This document shows positions 51,821 to 62,739 of a stretch of DNA of 64,000 bases, one piece after another. A model generated the notes under the pieces. The model saw only the letters and a program-made list of their open reading frames with translations. It had not been told where the DNA came from and ran no database searches. The translations under genes and the position numbers were made by a program. Numbering within the stretch: the stretch's first letter is position 1; each line of letters begins with the position of its first letter. Location of the stretch: positions 8,308,001-8,372,000 of the forward strand of contig NC_043018.1 in assembly GCF_006345805.1 (NCBI RefSeq). Direction: 5' to 3'. This DNA is from Octopus sinensis (lineage: Eukaryota).

Positions 51821-52662
51821 ACTTGACCTGAAGTAAATTCTAACCGGGCCCCACCTGCAAAGTCTTGCACTCTTTATCTTGATATGAGATCACCATGTAA
51901 CACACATATGGTTGTGATGCATGTGGCTGGTGTACCCTTATCAGATGGGTAGTCATGATGGCTATATTGGGCATCATATATTTGTAACCCAGTGTCACTT
52001 TGATGGCATGTGCTGCTCTCTTACTCAATAATAATAATCTGACATTTAAGTGTAAGTGCAGATAAGAAGTAGAGTAAACATGTACCGAACTTTGTACATG
52101 ACAATGATATGATCTCAGTTGTATGGGACATGCCTGACTCGGCTGACAAAAGGATCAATGTAAACCATCCAGGTATAGTTGTCAATGGCTAAAAATAAAA
52201 ATCTCTGTATTCCAACAGACATTCCAATATCTTACAATCAAAACATGGCATCGAAGCAAGATGGAAAAACTGCCAATGTAGAATGAGGATCTTGAAATAA
52301 GTTGGAATGGTGTGCAAAAGTGAAAAACAATACAAATACATTTTGTTTTTGGATTTGGTTTGCAAGATTCTTTATTTGAGTTCATGTGTTGAAGCATATT
52401 CTGTTGTGTCTGGGGAGAGTCATTTTCTTTTCGTGCCTTATAATTTAACACACTCACAAGATGCAACGAAAATTTTAGGAAAATAAAAATAAGAAATAAG
52501 TGGAAATTTTACCGGTGAGTGTGTTAAATTCTAAGGCACAAAACAAAAATGACCCTCCCCAGACACAACAGAATACAAATACAAATTGGAAAACAAAGAA
52601 GAGACATGAAATAAAATTTTTTTTTGAATTCTCTCAGGAATAATGTTACATACAGTCTAAAA

Positions 52663-53225
52663 CAGTGCTCCTCAAAGTGGTGGCCCACAGACCAGTGCCA
52701 GTTTGCAAGCCATCAGCGGCGAGATGGCAGAATCGTTAGCACGCCGGGTGAAATGCTTAGCCATATTTTGTCTGCCGGTACGTTCTGAGTTCAAATTCTG
52801 CCGAGGTCGACTTTGCCTTTCATCCTTTCGGGGTCAATTCAATAAGTACCAGTTACACACTGGGGTCAATGTAATCGACTTAATCCGTGTGTCTGTCCTT
52901 GTTTGTCCCCTCTGTGTTTAGCCCCTTGTGGGTAGTAACGAAATAGGTATGCTGCGAGTTTCCAGAAAAGAATAGCATAATAGCAATAGTAGCATAATTT
53001 CAGTAATTTCGCCTTATGCACTGCAGTAATTTCACCTTATCAGCTTCTGTAATATTGTATTATTTCTTTACAAAATAAATGTAAGATAAAAAAACTGTCA
53101 ACTTCATTATATACATATTGTTTCAGGTATAAATTAATATTACTAAGAAATATTACTGGTCCCTGGCACATTGGGAAGAAAAAAAAACTGCCGGTATTCC
53201 ACATCAGTTAGTATGAGAAGCAATG
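52663..53225. mobile_element. hAT (Charlie-like) MITE with a SINE A insertion (52716-52950)
   Basis: TIR cagtgctcctcaaa / tatgagaagcaatg; degenerate 8-bp TSD gtctaaaa/gtctgaga. Confidence 0.65.
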
Positions 53226-53441
53226 GTCTGAGAGACGTTCCTGCAAGGCACGGCTCACATTACTAAATAAGATGCATTCAATTCAAGAACACCTTATTTA
53301 ACTTATTCTTATAAATTTTGCAGTTTCTGAATGAGTTTTCATCATTGTTATTGGCAGCAGTAGTGTCACCATCACCATCATCATCATCAGCACTGTCACA
53401 GCTGCCACCATCACCACCACTGCTATCCCCCTCCTCCTCCT

Positions 53442-53472
<31 letters not shown>

Positions 53473-54412
53473 ATCACCACCACCACCATCACCACCACCA
53501 ACTGAAGGTTTGTGAGTGAATTTGGCAGATGGAAACTGCAAGAAGCTTATTGTATATATAAATATGTTTGTTTGTGTGTGTGTGTCTGTGTGCATATATG
53601 TTTGTATGTATGTTGGTGTCTCCTTCTCTCGTGTGATAGTTGGAGGTAAGTGTCACCGTCATGCCAAAAGTGACCTTCGCTTCCAATCTTTGGTGAAAGA
53701 CATGTCTGGCCATGGAGAAATACTACCTTATTTGGAAACAGGTGGGGGTTGGTGACAGGAAGGGCATCCAGCTGTATAAAAATCTACTGCAATAAACTCC
53801 ATTAGTCCCAATTGTAAAATGGATGCTGAATTGATGATTATTATGATGATGACAATGATGACGACGGCAATGACAATGATGACAACGATGATAATGACGA
53901 TGATGATGATGACAACAATGCTGGTGATGATGATGAAGACGGTGATGATGATGATGAAGATGACGATGCTGATGCTGCTGCTGATGATGATGATGATGAC
54001 AACAGCAACAACAATGACGATAACGATGATGATGATGATGATGACAATGATACTTGTGGTGATGATGATGATGATGATGATGAAAGTGATCCTAGATATG
54101 CAATGCCAGACATAAGGATGAAATGCTCATAGCTGCAATGCAATTGATTATAAGTCTGCCTAACCGGGGCTGACTCAGGGAAGTGGAAGGGAAAGGCGTT
54201 AAACAACCACAACAAACTGAATCACCTGATTGGATGATAGAGGAAAAGGTGATCTAATAAAGAAAGATAACTGTGAAAGGATAGTTCCTGAGAATTATAG
54301 AATCATTGTAATTTTGGAAGAAGTCACTACCAGACGACATCAACAAACAAACAAGGAAGCCTCTTGTATGTTTAACTCACTGGCCAGAAATAGCTGTTAA
54401 TTCTATCTCAGA

Positions 54413-54812
54413 CTAGCAGTATAGCCCGGCGTTGCTCGGGTTTGTTTTCTTTTCAACCTTTTAGAATTGGAATTTTTGAAAAGTAAGAATTTTGTATTAT
54501 GTAGCTTGCTATTCTCTTTAAGTGAACATTTTTCTGGTTGAAATACACCGAAAAATGGCGACACAGCAATAAAAAATTCGTAAAAAATAGGGATTTTCAG
54601 AAAGAAAAAGCACCTTTTTGATGTAAATAATTATTGGTTTTAACATTGTCCGATTTGAATTTTTTATTCTACAGAATGAAGAGCAAGCCTTCTTCTATCA
54701 TACTCTCAATTTTGGTCTACTTGTGCCGCAGGGTCTCGGAGGAGATAGTGTTAGTTGAAGGCTACCAAACCTGCCACACACACACAGACAACTTCAGCTT
54801 TATATAGAGAGA
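54413..54812 (-). mobile_element. non-autonomous Helitron
   Basis: Copy of 4476-4846; hairpin cccgagcaacgccggg and CTAG end. Confidence 0.8.
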
Positions 54813-54957
54813 TTAGAAAACAGAAGGCAAAACAGCAGAGTGTTTGCAGTTGGAGCACCTTTTATCAAAACATCAAACGCATGTATAATCAGAGCTCAAC
54901 AAGATGGGTGTAACAACAGAAACAACAACAGCAAAGCAGCAGTTGTTGCTGTTGCTG

Positions 54958-55332
54958 TTGTTGTTGAGTGAATGGCCTTTGTTCTAGAGCTCGCAAGATG
55001 GGAGAAGTCCGAAACGTGGTCCTTTGCTATTCGTAAGACCTGCAGAAGAGAAAGCAGGTCAACCCCCGACACCGAGAGCATCGACGGATGGAGGAATGCG
55101 CTTCCAGGCTCAGCGGTTGCGTAGGAAGTCAGGGACAAGAAACAGGAAGAAAGAGTGAGAGAAAGTTGGAACGAAAGAGTACAACAGGGGTCGCCACCAA
55201 CCCCTGCCAGAGCTTCGTGGAGCTTTAGGTGTTTTCACTCAATAAACACACACAACGCCCGTTCTGGGAATCGAAACCGCGATCCTCCGACCGCGAGTCT
55301 GCTGCCCCAACCACTGGGCCATTGCGCCTCCT
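54958..55332 (-). mobile_element. SINE family D-related, in (GCT/GTT)n
   Basis: Head ggaggcgcaatggcccagtgg; B box ggtttcgattccc. Confidence 0.8.
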
Positions 55333-56057
55333 TGCTGTTGCTGCTGCTGTTGCTGCTGCTGTTGCTGCTGCTGCTGTTGCTGCTGCTGCTGTTACAACAA
55401 ATTGGAAAACAACATGAAAGAAAGCTTTCTGTCAGGCTGGGTTTGCAGAAAAGAAATTCTTTTTATCAATTGATTAAGTATGTTGTGAGAGAACATATCA
55501 ATCTATACAATTGTTGACAAATATGTACACCGTTAACACATATTCAAGAAAGTGTGTCGTGTATATAGTTATATTTTTCTTACAAAACACACAGACCGCA
55601 TAGAAGCGCTTAACTTGACACTGAGACATTAGGTAAGCATAATGTCCCAGTTTCAAGTTGAGCACTTCTCTGTGGTCCATAATGCAGTCAGGCAAACTAC
55701 AATGGATTCGATTTAGATAAAAATATATATTATAGCACTCCCTTATCTTCTTCTTCTTCTTCTTCTTCTTCTTCTTCTTCTTCTTCTTCTTCTTCTTCTT
55801 CTCCTCCTCCTCCTCCTCCTCCTCTGCCAAGAATTTACAACAACCTCAAACCCACAAGTGTAAACCAGACAAGACAGAGACAGACAGAAACAAGCAAAAT
55901 GCCCTCTTTATTTGAATACTACGCAAATATTCTTTTAAAAATCTTTTCTTTTAATTTTTCCAAAATTCAATTTTTCTCCATGACGGAAACCAGTACTGAA
56001 ATATTTTTTATTAAATTACTTTAGCATTTTCTACCTTGACTTTTTTTCCATATTGAT

Positions 56058-56090
<33 letters not shown>

Positions 56091-56091
<1 letters not shown>

Positions 56092-57883
56092 GCTAAAGAA
56101 ATGGCAGAAATACTGCAGAAACAATACTGCTCTGTCTTCAGTGTTCCCACTGATATTGACGTGAGGGAAACGAACGAAGTTGACTCCCAACACAAAATCT
56201 CAGACATAACCTTCACTGCCACCGACATCGTAGCAGCAATAAATGAGGTCAAACATTACTCTGCTGTAGGCCCTGATAGATTTCCCGCTAGTCTCCTGAA
56301 GGAATGTAGATACCAACTTGCAGTCCCTCTGACCAACCTCTGGAGAAATTCGTTAGACGCAGGTTATATACCGAAACATTTTCTATGCCAGTCGGTCATC
56401 CCGGTTTTCAAACAGGGAAGCAGATCCCTTGCAGTCAACTATCGCCCAATCTCACTCACCTCCCACATCATTAAAGTGTTTGAAAGAGTGTTAAGATCAA
56501 GGATAGCTGACTTCCTGGAGACCCACAAACTCCTAAATTCAAATCAGCATGGCTTTCGCTGTGGCAGGGACTGTCTAACACAGCTCTTACACCACATTGA
56601 AGATGTACTCAAAGCCTTGGAAACAGGTTCGAACTCTGACGTCATATATCTTGACTTCAGTAAAGCGTTCGACAGGGTAGACCATAACATCCTACTCTCA
56701 AAATTGGCAAATGTTGGAATCCGTGGAAAAGTTCTACACTGGATTAAGTATTTCCTGGCGAATAGAACACAACATGTTGTAGTTGATGGAGTCCACTCAA
56801 ACCCAGCAAAAGTCACCAGCGGTGTTCCCCAGGGAACTGTTTTGGGTCCGCTACTCTTCATAATTTACGTAAACGACCTTTCCAGTGTCGTACATTACTG
56901 CAAAGTGAAAATATTCGCTGATGACACTAAGCTCCAGCAAATCGTCAATGAAGAAGCAGACCGAACTCAACTCCAGTCTGACCTATATGCTGTGAGTCAA
57001 TGGGCAGACAGAAACAAAATGCAACTGAATGAGGGAAAATTTGAGCTGATGCATTTTGGAAGAAATTCCTCACTAAAACAGCCATACTCTCTTCCTTCAG
57101 GGGAACCGCTCACAGCCTCTAACAATATCAGAGACCTGGGTGTAATTGTTGATGACGATCTCAGTTGGAGTGCACACATCAACAAGAAGGTCGATATAGC
57201 TCGTAGGATGAGTTCCTGGATCTTAAGAACTTTCCGGTCCAGAGAACAAGGTGTCATCATACCACTTTTTTCCTCCTTTGTACGGCCACACCTTGAATAC
57301 TGCTGCCCACTGTGGTCTCCTCACACAAGACAAAACATCTCCAGAATTGAGTCACCCCAGAGGGCTCTCACTAAACAAATTGAAGGCATGGCTGCTCTTG
57401 ATTATTGGGATCGCCTTAAAGCCTTGAAACTTTACTCCCTCCAGCGTCGCCGTGAGCGGTACATCATTTGTACGATGTGGAAAATATACCGCCAACTTTG
57501 CCCAAACGACCTAAACATTAGCTTCAAGGTTCATCCAAGACTTGGACCACAGGCTATACGTCCCCTGATAAATTCAAGATCACAACATACATGTACACTG
57601 CAACATAATTTCTTTTCCTCAACAGGCCCTGCCCTATTTAACATTGTCCCAAGGGAGATCAAAGAGGAAAAGGATCCCATCAACTTTAAACAGAGTCTGG
57701 ATAGATTCCTTCAAAGAATACCAGATAAGCCACCCATAATTGGATACAACTCACCCAACAAGAACTCACTACTTGAACAAAACTTGACTTAAACAGGATT
57801 CGAATAATCCTATCAGGTGGTGCTATTAAGTTAGACATGGCCTGGACCAATCTTTGGTCGAAACATATCTAAGTTTATCTAAG

Positions 57884-57888
<5 letters not shown>
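56091..57888 (+). mobile_element. young 5'-truncated LINE inserted in (TA)n
   Basis: 3' UTR stem-loop gaccaa-tct-ttggtc-gaaac and tandem tail (tatctaagtt)x2. Confidence 0.9.
56092..57792 (+). CDS. LINE reverse transcriptase (CR1/L2 group), 5'-truncated, uninterrupted
   Basis: ~567 codons with GPDRF, NYRPISLTS, QHGFR, YLDFSKAFDRV, SGVPQGTVLGPLLF, FADD and RDLGV motifs; the ORF-track start at 56053 lies in a microsatellite. Confidence 0.95.
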   Translation, partial: AKEMAEILQKQYCSVFSVPTDIDVRETNEVDSQHKISDITFTATDIVAAINEVKHYSAVGPDRFPASLLKECRYQLAVPLTNLWRNSLDAGYIPKHFLCQSVIPVFKQGSRSLAVNYRPISLTSHIIKVFERVLRSRIADFLETHKLLNSNQHGFRCGRDCLTQLLHHIEDVLKALETGSNSDVIYLDFSKAFDRVDHNILLSKLANVGIRGKVLHWIKYFLANRTQHVVVDGVHSNPAKVTSGVPQGTVLGPLLFIIYVNDLSSVVHYCKVKIFADDTKLQQIVNEEADRTQLQSDLYAVSQWADRNKMQLNEGKFELMHFGRNSSLKQPYSLPSGEPLTASNNIRDLGVIVDDDLSWSAHINKKVDIARRMSSWILRTFRSREQGVIIPLFSSFVRPHLEYCCPLWSPHTRQNISRIESPQRALTKQIEGMAALDYWDRLKALKLYSLQRRRERYIICTMWKIYRQLCPNDLNISFKVHPRLGPQAIRPLINSRSQHTCTLQHNFFSSTGPALFNIVPREIKEEKDPINFKQSLDRFLQRIPDKPPIIGYNSPNKNSLLEQNLT

Positions 57889-57933
<45 letters not shown>

Positions 57934-57942
57934 TATAGAAGG

Positions 57943-57993
57943 AGCTTCTACAGGACTAGAACTGTTTCATTCAAGAGAAATCTTCAGGAAGCT
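57943..57993 (-). ncRNA. type I hammerhead ribozyme (left arm)
   Basis: Exact reverse complement of 59199-59249. Confidence 0.75.
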
Positions 57994-58837
57994 AGTTAAC
58001 AAGAATTGTATTGGCATTTATACATTTAGGCAGGTTTAAAGGGGTGTTGGTGGGGGACTTTCTGGGGGTAGGCATAGCGCAAAAAAATCATACTTGGGGG
58101 AGTGGTCAAGGAGTCAGTGTTAAATTAGATATGTATACATACACACACTCACTTGCATACACGTATACACACATGTATATATACACACACGACCACACAT
58201 ACATATACACACAGAAAAATATATATATACACATGCACACACATCTACTCACATACACGCATACACACACAAATCCATACACACACATGCACACACATAC
58301 ACACATATATATACACCCACACATACACATACATACACATATATATACATACATACACATACATATACACATATATATGCATACACATATATATATATAT
58401 ATACACATATATATACATATGTGTACCCATGCATACCTACACATACACACATATATATATACATATACAAATACAGACCCATTCCCTAATTTTAATTTTA
58501 TTATCTTCGTTTATTACTTTTGTTATCTTTGGCCGCTTGGTCACAAACATCTTGGCTATGACAGCCAGACCATTTATCCGTCTACTGGAAAACAATTACT
58601 CATTCACTCACGCACACTCTTTAGCACGTACACGCACTCATTCGTACACTCATACGCATACACGCACGCACGCGTTATATTCATACATACATACATCTAC
58701 ATACATTCACGTATATACACATACGTACGCGTACCTACAGATTCATGTCTACACTCTTAGAAGGCTAGTCTATACATATACACCAATAAATATAAATACA
58801 CACACATACATGTACACCTACATACATGTACACCTAC

Positions 58838-58926
<89 letters not shown>

Positions 58927-59198
58927 CTATTTTTTATTTTTTTTTATTTTTATTTTTTATTTTTTATTTTTTATATTTTTTATTTTCTATTTTTTTTTTA
59001 TTTTTTATATTTTATATTTTTTATTTTTTATTTTTTATTTTTTATTTTTTATTTATTCTCCTATCTAATTTAACACTGACTCCTTGACCACTCCCCCAAG
59101 TATGATTTTTTGCGCTATGCCTACCCCCAGAAAGTCCCCCACCAACACCCCTTTAAACCTGCCTAAATGTATAAATGCCAATACAATTCTTGTTAACT

Positions 59199-59249
59199 AG
59201 CTTCCTGAAGATTTCTCTTGAATGAAACAGTTCTAGTCCTGTAGAAGCT
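59199..59249 (+). ncRNA. type I hammerhead ribozyme (right arm)
   Basis: agcttc-CTGAAGA-t-ttc(tctt)gaa-t-GAA-acag(ttctagtc)ctgt-A-gaagct; GUA cleavage site at 59241-59243. Confidence 0.75.
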
Positions 59250-59411
59250 CCTTCTATATAATAAATTAATTTTACTCTGCTATGTATTGAGTACCTTATT
59301 TACTGTGGTTAACCCCGAATCAACCCGGGACCTACATATATATATATATATATATATAAATATACAAAGATTATATATATATATATATATATATAAAGAT
59401 TATATATATAT

Positions 59412-59627
59412 GGCCAGCCTCGTCTGGCACCTGTGTCGGTGGCACATAAAATCACCCACTACACTCTCGGAGTGGTTGGCGTTAGGAAGGGCATCCAGCT
59501 GTAGAAACACTGCCACATCTGACTGGCCTGGTGCAGCCTTCGGGCTTCCCAGACCCCAGTTGAACCGTCCAACCCATGCTAGCATGGAAAGCGGACGTTA
59601 AACGATGATGATGATGATGATGATGAT
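59412..59627 (+). mobile_element. RTE LINE 3' tail
   Basis: Shared tail plus (GAT)n. Confidence 0.85.
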
Positions 59628-59954
59628 ATATGTATGTATGTATGTATGTATGTATAGACATTTGTGTGTATTTGTTTGTCCCCCCACCATCGCTTCACAA
59701 CTGATGTTGGTGTGTTTAAGTACCCCTAACTTAGCGGTTTGGCAAAAGAGACTAATAGAATAAGTACTAAGCTTGTTCTGATAGATACGAAAGAAACACT
59801 TTCTTGATGTCTACTTCAATTAATAAATTACCAGTGCAATAATAGGGTTGTGTTTCAGTGCTTATACTGCAGAATCTATCTGTCACAGAAGCATCTGGGA
59901 GTCCCAGAATGCTTAGAAATGGAAGCCAGATCACTGAATCTGATATAAAAATAA

Positions 59955-60262
59955 TGCCAGTGCCAGTGGCACATAAAAGAACCATCTGAACGTGGCCGTT
60001 GCCAGCACTGCCTCAACTGGCCTCCATGCCAGTGGCACGTAAAAAAAACACCAACCGATTTTGGCCGTTGCCAGCCTCGCCTGGCACATAAAAAGCACCT
60101 ACTACACTCATGGAGTGGTTGGCGTTAGGAAGGGCATCCAGCTGTAGAAACTCTGCTAGATCAGACTGGGCCTGGTGCAACCTCCTGGCTTCCCAGACCC
60201 CAGTCGAACCATCCAACCCATGCTAGCATGGAAAGCGAACGTTAAATGATGATGATGATGAT
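59955..60262 (+). mobile_element. RTE LINE 3' UTR/tail
   Basis: Shared tail plus (GAT)n. Confidence 0.85.
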
Positions 60263-60451
60263 GAATAAACACAAATGAGATTTGATCAATTATTGATGAT
60301 ATCATTAAGGAACTGACTCATGAGATATATGCTTGACCGAGATCTCATTTCATCTTTTGGTGCACTTTTTCTTATAAGGTCATCAGCTATACATCTAGTG
60401 CTTTTTAGCCATTAGCAACCAGGAGCCATGAAGCAATGAGGTACACCCTAA

Positions 60452-60676
60452 CCCTTTCATTACCAACCCCGGCTGAAACCAGCTCTGGCTCTGTAGTACA
60501 AATGTCTAGTTTTCATAAGTTTTGAATTAAAATCTTCCACCAAACCTTAGTCACAATTTATGTTCCTAACACTAGCTTAACGATAACTAAATTATTTTAC
60601 TAAATTCTTTGTTGTTATATATAAAATAATAGAAAGAAACACAGAGCATCTCAAAATAAATGCGGTAACGAAAGGG
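60452..60676. mobile_element. piggyBac-like MITE
   Basis: Inverted copy of 10578-10798; ctaa/ttaa flanks. Confidence 0.85.
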
Positions 60677-60867
60677 TTAAAACTGGTTGGTTTTAAGCAG
60701 TGTAGCCATAGCATCAAGACCAATGGATGGCAATAACAATAACAACACAGCTAAACCACTGAGCTGCTGGAAGTAACCAAATACCTGTCGTTCACCTGTT
60801 TTTCTGTGTCATTGATAAAGTGCTGTTCCAGGGTAAATAACTGTTTGTAGTACCAATAATATATAGT

Positions 60868-61082
60868 TACTCCTTTACTTGTTTCAGTCATGTGACTGTG
60901 GCCATGCTGGAGCACCGTCTTTAGCCGAGCAAATCGACCCTAGGACTTATTCTTTGTAAGCCTAGTACTTATTCTATCGGTCTCTTTTGCCGAACCACTA
61001 AGTTACGGGGACGTAAACACACCAGCATCAGTTGTCAAGCAATGTTGGGGGGACAAACACAGACACACAAACATATACACTC

Positions 61083-61123
<41 letters not shown>

Positions 61124-61289
61124 TAGGATGGGCTTCTTTCAGTTTCCATCTACCAAATCCACTCACAAGGCTTTGGTAGGCCCGAGGCTATAGTAGAAGA
61201 CACTTGTCCAAGGTGCCATGCAGTGGGACTGAACCCGGAACCATGTGGTTTATAAGCAAGCTACTTACCACACAGCCACTCCTACGCCT
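60868..61289 (-). mobile_element. SINE family B
   Basis: Full unit. Confidence 0.9.
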
Positions 61290-61690
61290 TGTTGATGATA
61301 AAGAAATACTTTTGCTTTTAAAATCTGAACAGAATGTGTGTTATTGCTGTTGACTTCACCTCAACAGAATTACACAGGTGACACACACAGAAATATGGTG
61401 ACACACATACAGAAATATCATATCGTTACATATCTATAAATGTTAGCCAATGCTACAAGTAACAAACAAATGTAAATGCTGACTTTATATAAGCACAAGC
61501 TTGGCTGTGAGGTTTGCTATTATTACCAGTGCAATAATAGGGTTGTGTTTCAGTGTTTATACTGCAGAATCTATCTGTCACAGGAGCATCTGGGAGTCCC
61601 AGAATGCTTAGAAATTGAACTATAGCCTCAAGCTGACCAAAGCCTTTAGAGTGGAATTGGTAGACTGAAGCTGAAAGAAAACCTTGCATG

Positions 61691-61726
<36 letters not shown>

Positions 61727-61729
<3 letters not shown>

Positions 61730-61915
61730 AGAGTTTATGAAAAAGACAAAAGACGAAGACAGGTGGTGTACAAAACAAACAGATGTATTAGTATAATGCT
61801 CAGGAATAGAAAAATTCTTTTACGTTTCGAGCCTACGCTCTTCTACAGAAAGGGACACAGAAAAAAACAAGGAGCAAAAAAAAAATGTGTGTAGTGGCTA
61901 ACGATCTATCATGGC
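61727..61915 (-). mobile_element. PLE-like terminal repeat with variant hammerhead
   Basis: Minus strand cttt-CTGTAGA-a-gagc(gtag)gctc-GAAA-cgta-aaag; ends at (TA)n. Confidence 0.65.
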
Positions 61916-62307
61916 AGTGTCCCAGAATGGTCACAGTCTAATGGCTAAAACAAGAAAAAATAAAAGATAGAAAAGAAAAACAAGATATTTAATATCTGTG
62001 TAGATAGACGAAAAAAATCAACCAGACCAGTTTCAACCTTGTATTGAGATTTCATCAGTAACTGAGGACTCCCTTTAAGGCGTGACAGCCCAAGATCGTG
62101 GCCGTCAGGCACAGGTCGACAGGTCATGACTGTGGCCCAGATAGATGCATTTAATTTATGGGCCTTTGCTGGGGTCTAATGTCTCTCAAAGGCTCCGATA
62201 AGCCCCCCCCCCCCGAAAGCAAGAGGACTAATAGTTCAACTTATGACTTTTCAAATGATGTAAAACTTGCCACCATTAAATACTAAGAAGATATGGTCGC
62301 TATTTTT

Positions 62308-62739
62308 GGACCTTTTCGGTTTGAACGGCAGTTTTTTCTAGCGGTGTCATATGAAATTGTAACCCATAATTAAGACCCTTGTATCAATCTATTGCATTTC
62401 AATCTGTTTTGATGTTAGGGTTAGTTAGGATTAGAGTTAGAGGTGGGGTGAAGGGTATCTTTTTTTCTTCCCAAATGTAAATAAACCCAATCTCTTTCTT
62501 AAACGAGGGACATATTCATACGGCACAGAATGCTTTTTACCTCAATAGACGTCATTGATTGGTTGAAATTGCAGAAATTGAAGAAAAAAGCAACAAATAT
62601 CTTACAAACTATAGAATTTTCTCAATAAAGCCAAGAGAAAAAGATGTTTTATAAACACATTCTACCAGTATACGAAGTTTAACATTTTTTAGTTACCTAG
62701 AAATTATGTTAAAAACTGCCGTTCAAACGGAAAAGATCC
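62308..62739. mobile_element. Merlin-like MITE, second copy (inverted)
   Basis: Same TIRs and interior as 21034-21454. Confidence 0.85.

Larger units (their letters stand above)
57924..59337 (+). mobile_element. non-coding PLE-like element with inverted pseudo-LTR
   Basis: 57924-58131 is the reverse complement of 59062-59268; the right arm has an extra ~70-bp tail; (TA)n on both sides. Confidence 0.75.

Noticed and set aside
52270-52310. Hammerhead remnant upstream of the 61-bp inverted repeat
   Set aside because: The CUGANGA core is not recognisable
55595-55632. Small exon with AG|GTAAGC donor
   Set aside because: Weak polypyrimidine tract, a stop at the donor in the open frame, and no supporting neighbouring exons
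58011-59073. 249-306 aa ORFs in the inverted-repeat spacer
   Set aside because: CA/TA low complexity with no domain motifs
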